Source of the DNA: an uncultured Aliarcobacter sp.
GTDB taxonomy: Bacteria > Campylobacterota > Campylobacteria > Campylobacterales > Arcobacteraceae
Direction: 5' to 3'
Assembly (NCBI GenBank): GCA_963677435.1
Contig: OY781945.1
Location: 1,376,001-1,440,000 of the forward strand
Length of the DNA stretch: 64,000 nucleotides
Shown: one piece after another, positions 1 through 10,570 of the stretch
Layout of the letters: each line of letters begins with the position of its first letter
Numbering within the stretch: position 1 is the stretch's first letter
Position numbers and translations under genes: made by a program
Notes under the pieces: model-generated
The model's database searches: none
What the model was told of the DNA's origin: nothing
Seen by the model: only the letters and a program-made list of their open reading frames with translations

Positions 1-75
1 GGAAATTCAAATATTTATTTAGCTAGTAGATTAAAAGAAAAAATAGAAGATTATAGAAAGTATGTAAAAGAGTAA
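1..75 (+). CDS. 3' end of an upstream CDS, product unknown (partial)
   Basis: Frame 1 is open from the window start (GNSNIYLASRLKEKIEDYRKYVKE) to TAA at 73-75, followed by a hairpin and the convergent oorC. Confidence 0.55.
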   Translation, partial: GNSNIYLASRLKEKIEDYRKYVKE

Positions 76-83
76 TAAAGTTA

Positions 84-113
84 TAAAACAAAAGCCCTAA
101 GGCTTTTTGTTTT
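84..113. terminator. Bidirectional intrinsic terminator between convergent genes
   Basis: AAAAGCC-CTAA-GGCTTTT stem-loop with A/T-rich flanks. Confidence 0.75.
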
Positions 114-684
114 ATGCAGTTGCTTCTGCAGCTTCTTTAGCGTATTTAAGACCTAAATCAAATGCTTTATTATTTATTTCATGTACTTTTTCAGGTACTT
201 TTGAAAGCATTGTTTTTCTTAATACATCATTTGATACAGTTTCACCTGTAAAGTAGTTAGCCATTGCTAATGCTAAAACTGATTGAGTAATAACATTTCC
301 TACTTCTTCTTTTGCAATTGTAATAATTGGAATCTCATAGATTTTCCATTTTTTTCTATCTTCTTCAGTTGGAGTAACAAGATTTGGCTCAACTACAATA
401 ACTCCACCTTCTTTTACACCACTTTTAAATTGGTTATAAGAAATTTGAGCAACTGATAACATGAAATCAATTTCACCATCATTTGCATATGGATATAAAA
501 TTTCATCATCTTGTAAAGTAATATCAACAACAGTTGGTCCACCTCTTACTTGAGATGTATAAGTAGCTGTTTTTAAACCATATCCACCATCATTAATTTT
601 TGCAGCTGCGAAAATTGATCCTGCAAGAAGTACACCTTGTCCACCAACACCTGTAAATCTCATTAATGTTTTATTTGTTGCCAT
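112..684 (-). CDS. oorC: 2-oxoglutarate:acceptor oxidoreductase gamma subunit
   Basis: N-terminal FTGVGGQGV and YTSQVRGG motifs; last gene of the D-A-B-C operon. Confidence 0.93.
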   Translation of the reverse strand: MATNKTLMRFTGVGGQGVLLAGSIFAAAKINDGGYGLKTATYTSQVRGGPTVVDITLQDDEILYPYANDGEIDFMLSVAQISYNQFKSGVKEGGVIVVEPNLVTPTEEDRKKWKIYEIPIITIAKEEVGNVITQSVLALAMANYFTGETVSNDVLRKTMLSKVPEKVHEINNKAFDLGLKYAKEAAEATA

Positions 685-694
685 GTGTATCTCC

Positions 695-1528
695 TTATAA
701 TTGAACCATAGTTTTATTTTTATGAGCTTCTTTTACTTTTTCATAAGCTTCACAATATTCCATTGCTTCAGTATCATGTTTTAAGATACCTGTAGGGAAA
801 ATACCTTTTTGTTCTTCAGGCTCTAATTTATCAAATTTTGTTTTAGCCATAGAAATAGAATCAATCCATTCTAAATTTGCCATAGCAGTTGCCATTTTAT
901 TTTTTCTTCCTAAGTTAACATGACAGTTAGAGAATACTTCAATAAATGAGAATCCTTTATGTTCAAAACCTTTAACTAAAACTCTTTCAAGTTTTTTAGG
1001 ATCAAGCATAGTTTCTCTTGCAACAAATGATGCACCTGCTGCTTCAACTAATTTACAAGCATCAAAAGTAGGGTCAATATTTCCTCTACTCATTGTAACA
1101 GTCCACATACCTTGAGGAGTTGTTGGACTTGTCTGAGAGTTAGTTAATCCATAGATGAAGTTATTGATAATAATATAATTTAAGTCAATGTTTCTTCTTG
1201 ATGCATGAATTGTATGATTTCCACCAATTGCAAGACCATCACCATCTCCACCAACAACGATAACTTTTTTATCTGGGTTAGCTAATTTAATTCCTGTTGC
1301 ATATGCTAAAGTTCTTCCATGAGTTGTGTGAACAGTATTACAGTTGATATAAGAAGAAAATCTTCCTGAACATCCAATACCTGAAACAACACAAACATCA
1401 TCCATATTCCAACCAATTTTTTCAATGGCTCTAATTACAGATTTTAAAATAACTCCATCACCACATCCCCAACACCATAGTGTTGGCATTTTGTCTGTTC
1501 TTAAATATTCATCATAATTAAATGCCAT
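695..1528 (-). CDS. oorB: 2-oxoglutarate:acceptor oxidoreductase beta subunit (TPP-binding)
   Basis: WCWGCGDG, SGIGCS, HGR, GDGD and YGLTNSQTSPTT motifs. Confidence 0.95.
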   Translation of the reverse strand: MAFNYDEYLRTDKMPTLWCWGCGDGVILKSVIRAIEKIGWNMDDVCVVSGIGCSGRFSSYINCNTVHTTHGRTLAYATGIKLANPDKKVIVVGGDGDGLAIGGNHTIHASRRNIDLNYIIINNFIYGLTNSQTSPTTPQGMWTVTMSRGNIDPTFDACKLVEAAGASFVARETMLDPKKLERVLVKGFEHKGFSFIEVFSNCHVNLGRKNKMATAMANLEWIDSISMAKTKFDKLEPEEQKGIFPTGILKHDTEAMEYCEAYEKVKEAHKNKTMVQL

Positions 1529-1530
1529 GA

Positions 1531-2661
1531 TTACATTCCTTTCACTTTTTCAATAATTTCTAGAGGAGATAATGGTCTACCATTTACTTTGAATAATGTA
1601 TCAAAATCTGATCTTCCAGATGCTCTTTGTACTTCATCTGCAAATTGTCCCATATTTAACTCAGTTACTAATACTTTGTCAAATTTAGTCATTAATTCTT
1701 TAATTCTTTTTGCAGGGCTTGGCCAAATTGTTAATGGTCTAAACATTCCAACTTTGATACCTTCTGCTCTCATTCTATTGATAGCTTCTGTTACACCTAA
1801 TGAAACAGAACCGTAAGCGATAATCATAATATCAGCATCTTCTAACATATACTCTTCATTTAATTCTAACTCATCTAAGTGAGCATCAACTTTATTGAAT
1901 AATCTTTTCATTAAAGCATCACACATATCAGCATCTTCAGTTGGGTGACCTGTTGGTCCATGGTGTAGACCTGTAAAGTGGTATCTATAACCTTCAAACA
2001 TTGGATTTAATACAGCAGGCTCATCAGCACCAACACCATAAGGTTTATAATCTTTTTTATCTCCAGTAAATTTTTTTCTAGAGATTTTTTGTGCTTGAAC
2101 TTCTTCTAAGTCAGGAATACTTGCTCTTCCACTCATATGACCAATTGTTTCATCTAATAAAACGAATACAGGTTGCATAAATCTATCAGCTAAGTTAAAT
2201 GCTCTTACAATTTCTGTATAACATTCTCTTAAGTTCCCAGGTACTAAAGTAATAGATTTAACATCTCCATGAGTAGGGTTTTTAGCTTGTAATAAATCAC
2301 CTTGAGCAACTCTTGTTGGTAGACCAGTTGAAGGACCACCTCTCATTACATTTACAACTACTAAAGGAACTTCAGAAATATATCCAACACCTAAGTTTTC
2401 TGCTTTTAAAGAAATACCAGGTCCTGATGTTGCAGTCATTGATCTTTTTCCAGACATTGCAGCACCAATAGCTGTACAAATTCCTGCAATTTCATCTTCC
2501 ATTTGAATACATGCATGCCCTCTAGCTGGTAATGCAGAAGAAAGTACATGCATTATTTCACTTGAAGGAGTAATAGGGTATCCACCAAAAAACTCAACAT
2601 CAGCATCAATTGCAGCTTTAGCCGCTAGCTCATTACCTGTTGAAATTATTTCTCTTGCCAT
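1531..2661 (-). CDS. oorA: 2-oxoglutarate:acceptor oxidoreductase alpha subunit
   Basis: GYPITPSSE, QMEDE, TSGPG and RGGPSTGLPT motifs. Confidence 0.95.
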   Translation of the reverse strand: MAREIISTGNELAAKAAIDADVEFFGGYPITPSSEIMHVLSSALPARGHACIQMEDEIAGICTAIGAAMSGKRSMTATSGPGISLKAENLGVGYISEVPLVVVNVMRGGPSTGLPTRVAQGDLLQAKNPTHGDVKSITLVPGNLRECYTEIVRAFNLADRFMQPVFVLLDETIGHMSGRASIPDLEEVQAQKISRKKFTGDKKDYKPYGVGADEPAVLNPMFEGYRYHFTGLHHGPTGHPTEDADMCDALMKRLFNKVDAHLDELELNEEYMLEDADIMIIAYGSVSLGVTEAINRMRAEGIKVGMFRPLTIWPSPAKRIKELMTKFDKVLVTELNMGQFADEVQRASGRSDFDTLFKVNGRPLSPLEIIEKVKGM

Positions 2662-2670
2662 TAATTCTCC

Positions 2671-2988
2671 TTACGCCTCTAGTTCTCTATAATTATTTTT
2701 TATAACCGCTTCTCTTCTATCTTTTGCTTCATCTGTAAGTTTCGCAAATTTGAATTCTTTTTTATCAGCAACATAAATTGCAAAATCAGGACATGATAAT
2801 TCGCAATCAGTACAACCAATACATGATTCTGGGTGAACAACTTTAATCATTGAACCTAAAGTAGAATGAACTTCTTGTCTCATAGCAAGTACGCCAGCTG
2901 GACAAACTGAAACACACTTATCACATGCTTTACATCTAGCTTCGTTAACCCAAACCGGAGTATTTGCAGGAGCTTCCATATTAGACAT
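2671..2988 (-). CDS. oorD: 2-oxoglutarate:acceptor oxidoreductase delta subunit (2x[4Fe-4S] ferredoxin)
   Basis: Two CxxCxxCxxxCP motifs; first gene of the operon; AGGAG RBS. Confidence 0.93.
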   Translation of the reverse strand: MSNMEAPANTPVWVNEARCKACDKCVSVCPAGVLAMRQEVHSTLGSMIKVVHPESCIGCTDCELSCPDFAIYVADKKEFKFAKLTDEAKDRREAVIKNNYRELEA

Positions 2989-3111
2989 AATTTCTCCTTA
3001 AATTATTTTAATATCAATATTTGAAATAAACTCAATATATTATCGTCAAATAATAGCTTATAATAGTTCTAAAGATTGATTAATCCGCGTAATTTCTGTG
3101 TTGAATTTTAC

Positions 3112-3134
3112 TCTTGTTACATTTTGCAACAAGA
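3112..3134. promoter_or_regulatory. Imperfect inverted repeat in the oor promoter region (candidate operator)
   Basis: TCTTGTTACA-TTT-TGCAACAAGA (9/10 match) in the divergent intergenic region. Confidence 0.4.
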
Positions 3135-3285
3135 AAATAATATAAAATATAAACAGAATTTTAAACAATAAGTATGCTAGTTATATTTATTTAGTTTAAT
3201 ATGAAAAATTATAATTGATAATTAAATTAAAACTCATATTTATTTAACTTAGATATAATAATATTAAATTTAAAAAGGAAGATTT

Positions 3286-4002
3286 TTGGTTTTATATCAG
3301 CCTAGAAATGGCTATTGTTATAATAGTGATACACATTTTTTATATAGTTTTATCGTTGAAAATTTTAAAAAATACAAAAATATAAAAGGTGAGTTGTTAG
3401 ATATTGGAAGTGGAAGTGGAATCTTAGGTTTATTAGTTGCAAAAGATTTTGATAAATTAAAACTTAATCAGTGTGAAATACAAAAAATGTTTCAATTTTT
3501 CACAACAAAAAATTCTTTCACTAATAAAATAGATTCTAATTTATATGAAGGTTCTTATGAACATATTGAATTTGGTAAGAGGTTTGATATTTGTATCTCA
3601 AATCCACCTTTTTACCATTGTGATGTGATAAAAAGTGATAATAAAAGTTTAAAAATTGCAAGATATAATGACTCTTTACCGCTTGAAATATTCATTAAAA
3701 AAACAGCAAGTATTTTAAATAGTGAGGGAAAATTCTTTTTTTGTTATGATGTAAAACAGATAAATGAGATATTATTATTGTTAAATAAATATAAATTTAA
3801 CTTAGAAGCTTTGCAGTTTGTCCATCCAAAAGAGTCAAAAGAAGCAACTTTAGTTTTAGTTTATGCAAAAAGAAATTCTAAATCATTAACAAAAATATTA
3901 AAACCATTGATAGTTTTTGATAAAAATAATGAATTTACTTCTGAAGTGCAAGGGATATATAAAAAATCCTCTACACATAGTATAAAGGTTGATATTGAGT
4001 AA
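3286..4002 (+). CDS. tRNA1(Val) A37 N6-methyltransferase-like SAM-dependent methyltransferase
   Basis: LYQPxxGYxYNSD N-terminus, LDIGSGSG SAM motif and NPPF motif. Confidence 0.85.
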   Translation: MVLYQPRNGYCYNSDTHFLYSFIVENFKKYKNIKGELLDIGSGSGILGLLVAKDFDKLKLNQCEIQKMFQFFTTKNSFTNKIDSNLYEGSYEHIEFGKRFDICISNPPFYHCDVIKSDNKSLKIARYNDSLPLEIFIKKTASILNSEGKFFFCYDVKQINEILLLLNKYKFNLEALQFVHPKESKEATLVLVYAKRNSKSLTKILKPLIVFDKNNEFTSEVQGIYKKSSTHSIKVDIE

Positions 4003-4378
4003 TTTAGTTAAAAAAGATGGCTTTAATTTTGCTTTTGAGCCCAGTGGCTGTGATAGTTGCAAAGGTAATTGTTGTATCGGTGAGAGTGGTTATATTTGGA
4101 TAAATTCACAAGAAATTGAAGCCTTGGCTTTGCATAAAAAAATTTCTAGTGAAGATTTAAAAAAAAGATATTTAAATAAAATCGCCTACAAATATAGTAT
4201 AAAAGAGATACAATTAGCTTCAAACAATTATGCGTGTTGTTTCTTTGATTTGGATAAAAGACAATGTTCTATTTATGAAGTAAGACCAAATCAATGTAGA
4301 ACTTTCCCATTTTGGGACTATTTTAAAGAAAATGAAGAAGAGGTTTACAAAGAGTGCCCAGCTATAAAAAATCTTTAA
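3989..4378 (+). CDS. YkgJ/CxxCxxCC cysteine-cluster protein
   Basis: CDSCKGNCC...CCFFD...CSIYEVRPNQCRTFPFW. Confidence 0.85.
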   Translation: MILSNLVKKDGFNFAFEPSGCDSCKGNCCIGESGYIWINSQEIEALALHKKISSEDLKKRYLNKIAYKYSIKEIQLASNNYACCFFDLDKRQCSIYEVRPNQCRTFPFWDYFKENEEEVYKECPAIKNL

Positions 4379-5670
4379 TCCTTTGTTTTTTTTTACTACT
4401 TTTTAGTGCTTGTAGTAATAAAACATTAGAATTAGAAAATAAAAAAACAGAAAAAATTAAATTTGTTGAAGTAAAAACTAAAAGTTTTGATTTAGAAAAT
4501 CAATATATTATATTAGCTTTAGAATCTGAAAACCAAAGATTATATTATGATGCAAGAGAGTTATATTTAAGATTATTTAGTAATACAAATAACTATGAAT
4601 ATTTTGTTAAATATATTGCAATATCTACAAATATTAAAGATTATAAATCAGTAAAAGAAAAAGTTGCAAAATATTATTTAGATAATATACCACAAGAAGA
4701 GATGATTTTAAGATTATATACTTTTTCATTATTTAAATTATCAGAAAGTAAAGATGCATTATTAAATGGTCAAAAACTTGTTAATTTATATCCAAATGAT
4801 GTAAATTTTGAACTTCTTGGAACAATATATTTGCAACAAAAAGATTATCTAAAAGCTTATGAATTTTTTGAAAAAGCATTTAATATAAATAATTCAGCAA
4901 ATACTTTTCTTAATTTGACAAATATTCAATATTTTAGTTTAAATCAAAAAGATGAAGCAATAAAAAGAATTGAAGAGTATATAAAAGTTAATGGATATGA
5001 TTTTAATTTATGTATGCAACTTTTATCTTTTTATGACAAAGAGAAAAAGAGTGATAAATTAATTTTACTTTTAAAACAAATGTATTTTGATTACAAAAAA
5101 AATAATGAAACTTTGATGTTAAGTAAAACAAAAATTTTATTAATAAAGTATATTGCAAAAGATAATGTAGGTAAAGCTATAGAATTTTTAGAACAAAATA
5201 ATGAACAAGATGAAATTTTATTAAATCTTTACCGAATCACAAATCAACCACAAAAAGCTTATGATTTATTAGGTGAATTATATAAAAAGTCAGATAATTT
5301 AGATTATTTAGCACAACAAGCAATTATTCAATTTGAAATGGCTGAAGATAAAAAAACAGTTTTAAGTGCTGTTACAGCTAAATTTGAAAAAGTTTTAGAA
5401 ACTGTAGATAATCATGTATATGAAAATTATTTAGCTTATATATTAATTGATTTTGATATAGATGTAAAAAGAGGATTAGTTTTAGTAAAAAAAGCATTAA
5501 TAAAAGATCCAACTAATGTAGCTTATCTTGATACCTTAGCTTGGGGTGAATATAAAATTAAAAATTGTAAAGATGCTAATAAACAAATGAAAAAAGTTGT
5601 TGACGAAATCGGATTAGATGATAGTGAAATAAAATTACATTGGGAAAAAATTAAGGAGTGTAAAAAGTGA
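4354..5670 (+). CDS. Tetratricopeptide-repeat lipoprotein
   Basis: Lipobox FSAC, helical TPR-like pattern and C-terminal [12 protein letters not shown] motif. Confidence 0.75.
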   Translation: MPSYKKSLILCFFLLLFSACSNKTLELENKKTEKIKFVEVKTKSFDLENQYIILALESENQRLYYDARELYLRLFSNTNNYEYFVKYIAISTNIKDYKSVKEKVAKYYLDNIPQEEMILRLYTFSLFKLSESKDALLNGQKLVNLYPNDVNFELLGTIYLQQKDYLKAYEFFEKAFNINNSANTFLNLTNIQYFSLNQKDEAIKRIEEYIKVNGYDFNLCMQLLSFYDKEKKSDKLILLLKQMYFDYKKNNETLMLSKTKILLIKYIAKDNVGKAIEFLEQNNEQDEILLNLYRITNQPQKAYDLLGELYKKSDNLDYLAQQAIIQFEMAEDKKTVLSAVTAKFEKVLETVDNHVYENYLAYILIDFDIDVKRGLVLVKKALIKDPTNVAYLDTLAWGEYKIKNCKDANKQMKKVVDEIGLDDSEIKLHWEKIKECKK

Positions 5671-6458
5671 TTTTAGATGAGATTATAGAAAAAACAAAAG
5701 AAGATTTAGAAAAGAGAAAAAAAGAGATAACATTGGATTTATTAGGAAGAACTTTATCTTCAAATCCATATGCTCCAAGGGATGTAAAACCTTTTCTAAT
5801 TTCTACAAAAGAAGAACCAATTAGAATTATCGCTGAGGTAAAAAAAGCAAGTCCTAGTAAGGGAATAATCAAAGAAGATTTTGATCCAATTTTAATTGCA
5901 CAAGCTTATAGTAATAGTGGAGCAAATGCGATTTCTGTTTTAACTGAACCTCACTATTTTCAAGGTAATTTAGAGTATTTAACTCAAATTAGAAGATTTG
6001 TTCCAACGCCACTTTTAAGAAAAGATTTTATTGTTGATAAATATCAAATTGTTGAAGCTTTAGTTTATGGGGCTGATTTTATTTTACTTATTGCAAAAGC
6101 CTTAAGTACAAAAGAGCTAAAAGAACTTTATGAATATGCAATTCATTTAGGACTTGAAGTTTTAGTTGAAATTCATGATAAAGAAGATTTAACAAAAGCT
6201 ATAAAATCTGGAGCTACAATTATTGGAATAAATCATAGAAATCTTGATACTTTTGAAATGGATATGACTTTATGTGATAAATTAATTCCATTAATTCCAA
6301 ATGGAAAAATTATTGTTGCTGAATCAGGTGTTTCTGATATTGAAGTAATAAAAAGATTAAATTCAATTGGAGCAGATGCTTTTTTAATTGGTGAGCATTT
6401 TATGAGAGTTCCAAGTATTGAAGATGAATTAAAAAAATTCAAAAACGCTTGTAACTAA
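5667..6458 (+). CDS. trpC: Indole-3-glycerol phosphate synthase
   Basis: [30 protein letters not shown] and AESG motifs. Confidence 0.96.
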   Translation: MILDEIIEKTKEDLEKRKKEITLDLLGRTLSSNPYAPRDVKPFLISTKEEPIRIIAEVKKASPSKGIIKEDFDPILIAQAYSNSGANAISVLTEPHYFQGNLEYLTQIRRFVPTPLLRKDFIVDKYQIVEALVYGADFILLIAKALSTKELKELYEYAIHLGLEVLVEIHDKEDLTKAIKSGATIIGINHRNLDTFEMDMTLCDKLIPLIPNGKIIVAESGVSDIEVIKRLNSIGADAFLIGEHFMRVPSIEDELKKFKNACN

Positions 6459-6467
6459 AAACTTTAT

Positions 6468-7298
6468 TTAAAAGATAAACTCTTTTAAATAAGTTTCTAT
6501 TTTTGGAATATTATCTTTTCTACAAACCAAACAAGTTGGCATATTTGCCAATTGTTCTGGTAAATTTATTATCTTTAAATCTTTTTCATATTTTAATTTT
6601 TTTATTATACTTAAAGGCAATAAACTTTTTCCCATTCCAGCTTTTACACAACCTAAAATAGTTTCATAATTACCAAATTCAAAATTCCTAAAGTTTTCAT
6701 CAGAGAGTTCTCTTAAGTAGTTTTGTCCAAACTCATTGTAAGCACAACCATTTTTAAAAGATAAAAAAACATTTGGACAGTTTTCATTTTTCGGTTCTAC
6801 TAAAACAATTTTTTCATCAATTTTATTTAAAATTATCAAATCATCATTTTTAGGTTCACCACTAACAAAAGCAACATCAACTTTATAATCAAGCAGTTCT
6901 TTTGTAATTTCTCTTGTAGTATTTGTGATTAACTCTAAACTTGTATTTGGAAAATCATTATGAAGTTGTAGTAAAAAAGGCACAATTCTTGTTGATGCAT
7001 TTGATTCTGTTGAGCCAACAATTAGATGTTCTTGCTTATTTATATTTTTCATATCATAGGTAGCTTCTTTTACTTTTTTTACAATTTCTATGGCATAAGG
7101 ATAGAGTTTTTCTCCCTCTTTGCTTAAAATTACACCTTTTGGAACCCTATGAAATAGAGGAAATCCTAAAGACTTTTCAAGTTGTTTTATTCTTGATGTT
7201 ACATTTGATTGGGCAAATTCCAATTTAGTTGCAGCTTTTGTGATACTTTTTTCTCGAGCTACTTCTACAAAAACTTTTAATAAATTTGAATCCATCAT
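6468..7298 (-). CDS. LysR-family transcriptional regulator
   Basis: N-terminal HTH SITKAAxxLxxAQSNVTSRIKQLE; divergent from the MFS gene. Confidence 0.93.
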   Translation of the reverse strand: MMDSNLLKVFVEVAREKSITKAATKLEFAQSNVTSRIKQLEKSLGFPLFHRVPKGVILSKEGEKLYPYAIEIVKKVKEATYDMKNINKQEHLIVGSTESNASTRIVPFLLQLHNDFPNTSLELITNTTREITKELLDYKVDVAFVSGEPKNDDLIILNKIDEKIVLVEPKNENCPNVFLSFKNGCAYNEFGQNYLRELSDENFRNFEFGNYETILGCVKAGMGKSLLPLSIIKKLKYEKDLKIINLPEQLANMPTCLVCRKDNIPKIETYLKEFIF

Positions 7299-7308
7299 CT
7301 TTCCTTAT

Positions 7309-7358
7309 ATCATCAATCATGATTTAATATTTGACTTAATATCATTTATAGTGATATT
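7309..7358. promoter_or_regulatory. Two LysR T-N11-A boxes
   Basis: ATCA-N7-TGAT (7309-7323) and AATATCA-N7-TGATATT (7338-7358) in the LysR/MFS divergent promoter. Confidence 0.65.
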
Positions 7359-7382
7359 ATACATAAATACTAAGGAGAGAGT

Positions 7383-8567
7383 ATGCAAAAGATAAATTTA
7401 TTAGACAAAAATTCAAATGTAGCTATTTTACTTGCTGGAATTATTGCACTAATTATTGGTGTGGGAGTTGCAAGATTTGTTTTTACATCATTATTGCCAC
7501 CAATGTTAGAAGATTATTTAACTATTAGTTTTGCAGGGGTTTTAGCATCTATTAATTATGTAGGATATTTAGCAGGTTCAATTTTCGCTGTTTTTATAAA
7601 AGATATAAATACAAAAGTAAAATTTTTTAGATTAGGTATGTTTTTAGCGGTTTTAACAACCCTCATACTTGGAGTTACTACTTCTGAGACTCTGTGGATA
7701 ATATCAAGAGTTCTTGCAGGATTTGGGGCTGCTATGGCTTTGGTTGTGGGTTCTGCAATTGTTATGAATAAACTTAATATCCAAAATAAAACAAAAGCTA
7801 TGGGAATACATTTTTCAGGAATAGGCTTTTCAATTTTAGTAAGTGACCTAATAGTTAGAATTGTATTTCATTTTAATGGAACATGGCAGTTTGCTTGGGT
7901 TGTTTTAGCACTTTTTGCTTTTGTGTTGTCATTTTATTCTATGTACATTTTGTCATATGATAAAGAGGTAAAACAAAATAGTGTAAAACATCATATTGAT
8001 AAATCTCTATTTTCACCTTTTGTAATTATCTTGATTATGGCGTATTTTTGTGAGGGTGTGGGAATGGTTGTTCAAGGAACTTTTTTACCTGATATTATAA
8101 ACTCATTAAAAGGACTTGAGGGATTTGGAAGTTTTACTTGGACTTTAGTTGGACTTGCTGGAATTCCCTCTTGTATTATTTGGATGATGTTAGCTCATAA
8201 ATATGGAAGTGTAAATATAATTATTTTAGCAATGTTTTTGCAAGTTATAGGAATTATGATTTCAGCTTTAACAAATAATGTCTATCTAAATCTATTTTCA
8301 GGAGTTTTATATGGTGGAACTTTTGTGGGACTTGTTGCGTTATTTATGAATCTTGGTGGAAAACTTGCAGGAAATAATCCTGTAATGTTAATGGGAGCAT
8401 TAACTACAGCTTATGGAATAGGGCAGGTTACTGCACCACTTTATAGTGTAGCTTTAATCGAACACTTTAAAACTTATGACTATGCTTTATATTTAACAGC
8501 ATTTATAGTTTTTGGTGGAATTGTATTATTACTATTAACAAAAATATTTAAATTAAAAGGAGAATAA
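7383..8567 (+). CDS. YbfB/YjiJ-family MFS transporter
   Basis: GVARFVFTSLLPPM and LASINYVGYLAG motifs; about 12 hydrophobic segments. Confidence 0.85.
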   Translation: MQKINLLDKNSNVAILLAGIIALIIGVGVARFVFTSLLPPMLEDYLTISFAGVLASINYVGYLAGSIFAVFIKDINTKVKFFRLGMFLAVLTTLILGVTTSETLWIISRVLAGFGAAMALVVGSAIVMNKLNIQNKTKAMGIHFSGIGFSILVSDLIVRIVFHFNGTWQFAWVVLALFAFVLSFYSMYILSYDKEVKQNSVKHHIDKSLFSPFVIILIMAYFCEGVGMVVQGTFLPDIINSLKGLEGFGSFTWTLVGLAGIPSCIIWMMLAHKYGSVNIIILAMFLQVIGIMISALTNNVYLNLFSGVLYGGTFVGLVALFMNLGGKLAGNNPVMLMGALTTAYGIGQVTAPLYSVALIEHFKTYDYALYLTAFIVFGGIVLLLLTKIFKLKGE

Positions 8568-8783
8568 ATGCCATTAATAAATGTAAAAATGACCCATGAA
8601 GATGGAGGAGCTACAAAAGAGCAAAAAGAAGAGTTAGCACAAGGTATAACTGAACTTTTTGCTAAAATATTTAATGGTCGTGGTGCTTCTAGTGCTGTTG
8701 TGATTATTGAAGAAGTTAGTACTGATAATTATGCAATAGGTGGAAAAACAATAACGCAAATAAGAAGTGAAGCTAAGAAATAA
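8568..8783 (+). CDS. 4-oxalocrotonate tautomerase family protein
   Basis: Catalytic N-terminal Pro (MPLINVK), TKEQKEEL and YAIGG; 71 aa. Confidence 0.9.
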   Translation: MPLINVKMTHEDGGATKEQKEELAQGITELFAKIFNGRGASSAVVIIEEVSTDNYAIGGKTITQIRSEAKK

Positions 8784-8795
8784 AAAGTATTTGAT

Positions 8796-8824
8796 TTTAA
8801 AGAGTAGAAAATCTACTCTTTAAA
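8796..8824. terminator. Bidirectional terminator
   Basis: TTTAAAGAGTAGA-AAA-TCTACTCTTTAAA, 13-bp inverted repeat between convergent genes. Confidence 0.7.
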
Positions 8825-9493
8825 TAAAGAAGAACCAACTCTAATCATATTTGATCCACTTGCAATTGCTAGTTCAAAATCACTACTCATTCCCATAGAA
8901 CAATATTTTGCTCCAAAAGGAACTAATTCATCATAGATCTTTTTTGTTGTTTTAAAAGAGTCTTTTATAACTTTTTCATCTTCCACATGTGCTCCAATAC
9001 TCATAACACCTTTTAGGATGATATTTGGGCAAAGTTCTATTATTTGTTTATAAATTTCAACTGCATTTTCAGGAAGAACTCCTGATTTTGTCTCTTCATA
9101 GGCTGAATTTATTTGAAGTAGGGCAGATAGTTTTTTATTTTTAGCTTCAAGTTTTTTATTTAATTCAAGTGCTAAATCTAAAGAGTCTAAAGAGTGAACT
9201 AAAGTAGGATTTAAATCAATTAGATTATTTATTTTATTTTTTTGTAAACTTCCTATAAAATGCCACTCTATTGGTAAATCATCTAAAACTTCAGATTTTT
9301 CTTTTAAATCTTGTACTTTATTTTCTCCAAAAGCTCTTTGACCTGCTTCATATAAAGTTTTTACATCATCTGCTGTTGAGTATTTTGAAACACCAATTAT
9401 TTTTACAATATGATGCTCCGAAATTCTAAGTCTTGCACCTTCAACTTTTGTGATTATTTCATCTAAATTTTTTGTTGCTGATAATTTATTCAT
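8813..9493 (-). CDS. yggS: YggS-family PLP homeostasis protein
   Basis: VSK, FGENKVQ, WHFIGSLQKNK and SMGMSSDF motifs. Confidence 0.93.
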   Translation of the reverse strand: MNKLSATKNLDEIITKVEGARLRISEHHIVKIIGVSKYSTADDVKTLYEAGQRAFGENKVQDLKEKSEVLDDLPIEWHFIGSLQKNKINNLIDLNPTLVHSLDSLDLALELNKKLEAKNKKLSALLQINSAYEETKSGVLPENAVEIYKQIIELCPNIILKGVMSIGAHVEDEKVIKDSFKTTKKIYDELVPFGAKYCSMGMSSDFELAIASGSNMIRVGSSLFKE

Positions 9494-9502
9494 TTGTTTT
9501 AC

Positions 9503-10561
9503 CTAATTATTTAAAAAGATTCTGTTAATATCATTATAAATTCCAAGAAGCATTAAACTTCCTAAAATTACCCAACCCATGATTGTTAAAAACATAAATA
9601 CACGATCACTTGGTTTTCTTCTTGTAATCATTTCATATAGATTAAACATGATATGACCACCATCAAGGGCTGGAATTGGAAGAAGATTTAAAACTCCAAG
9701 GTTTACTGAAATTAGTGCAGTTATAGCAAATAAAGCAATAATTGAAGATTCACTTGCATCTGAAATCACTTTTCCAATTGAGATAACTCCACCTACTTCA
9801 CTGCTTGGAATAGCACCTTGAATTAGTTTTTGAACACCTTGAAAAATCATGCTTGAAGATAGAAGAGTTTTTTCATAAGCATAAACTAAAGATTCCCCAA
9901 AAGACAAGTCAAGTTTTATGATTTTTCCAGATGGTGAAATTCCTATCATTCTTTTTTTGATTTTTTCTTTAAACATATTTTCACTATCAGAGATATAAGG
10001 ATTTATCGTTTTTGCAATAATTACACCATCTCTTTTAATGAAAAATTTTAAAGCTCCATCAGAATTTACAATAGTTTTTCCTATTTCATCCCAAGATTTT
10101 ATTTCTGTGTCATTTATTTTTATAATTTCATCTTTAGGAAGAATTCCTGCTTGAAATGCTGGTGAATTTTCTTGAACTTGCCCAACTTGTGCTGCCCAAG
10201 TAGTTGCACCCATCATTGCAATACTAAAGTATAAAATAGCTGCTAAAATAAAGTTTGCAAAAGGCCCTGCAAATAGTATAATTATTCTTTGCCAAGGTTT
10301 TTTAGTATTATATGAATCATTACCATCTTCAATTAAAGAGGGTTTTGAATCATCTTGCCCTTTCATCTTTACATATCCACCAAGTGGAACTAGTGCAAAT
10401 TGCCAAGTTGTTCCCATCCACTCTTTTGCATATAATTGTTTACCAAAACCAATTGAAAATACATAAACTTTTACCCCAAAATAACGAGCTGCTAAAAAGT
10501 GTCCAAGTTCATGGAAAAAAACTAAAAATGATAAAACAAGTAAAAAAGTAATAGTACCCAA
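9503..10561 (-). CDS. rseP: RIP metalloprotease RseP
   Basis: HELGH, PDZ region and NLLPIPALDGGH. Confidence 0.95.
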   Translation of the reverse strand: MGTITFLLVLSFLVFFHELGHFLAARYFGVKVYVFSIGFGKQLYAKEWMGTTWQFALVPLGGYVKMKGQDDSKPSLIEDGNDSYNTKKPWQRIIILFAGPFANFILAAILYFSIAMMGATTWAAQVGQVQENSPAFQAGILPKDEIIKINDTEIKSWDEIGKTIVNSDGALKFFIKRDGVIIAKTINPYISDSENMFKEKIKKRMIGISPSGKIIKLDLSFGESLVYAYEKTLLSSSMIFQGVQKLIQGAIPSSEVGGVISIGKVISDASESSIIALFAITALISVNLGVLNLLPIPALDGGHIMFNLYEMITRRKPSDRVFMFLTIMGWVILGSLMLLGIYNDINRIFLNN

Positions 10562-10570
10562 AAAAAGCCT

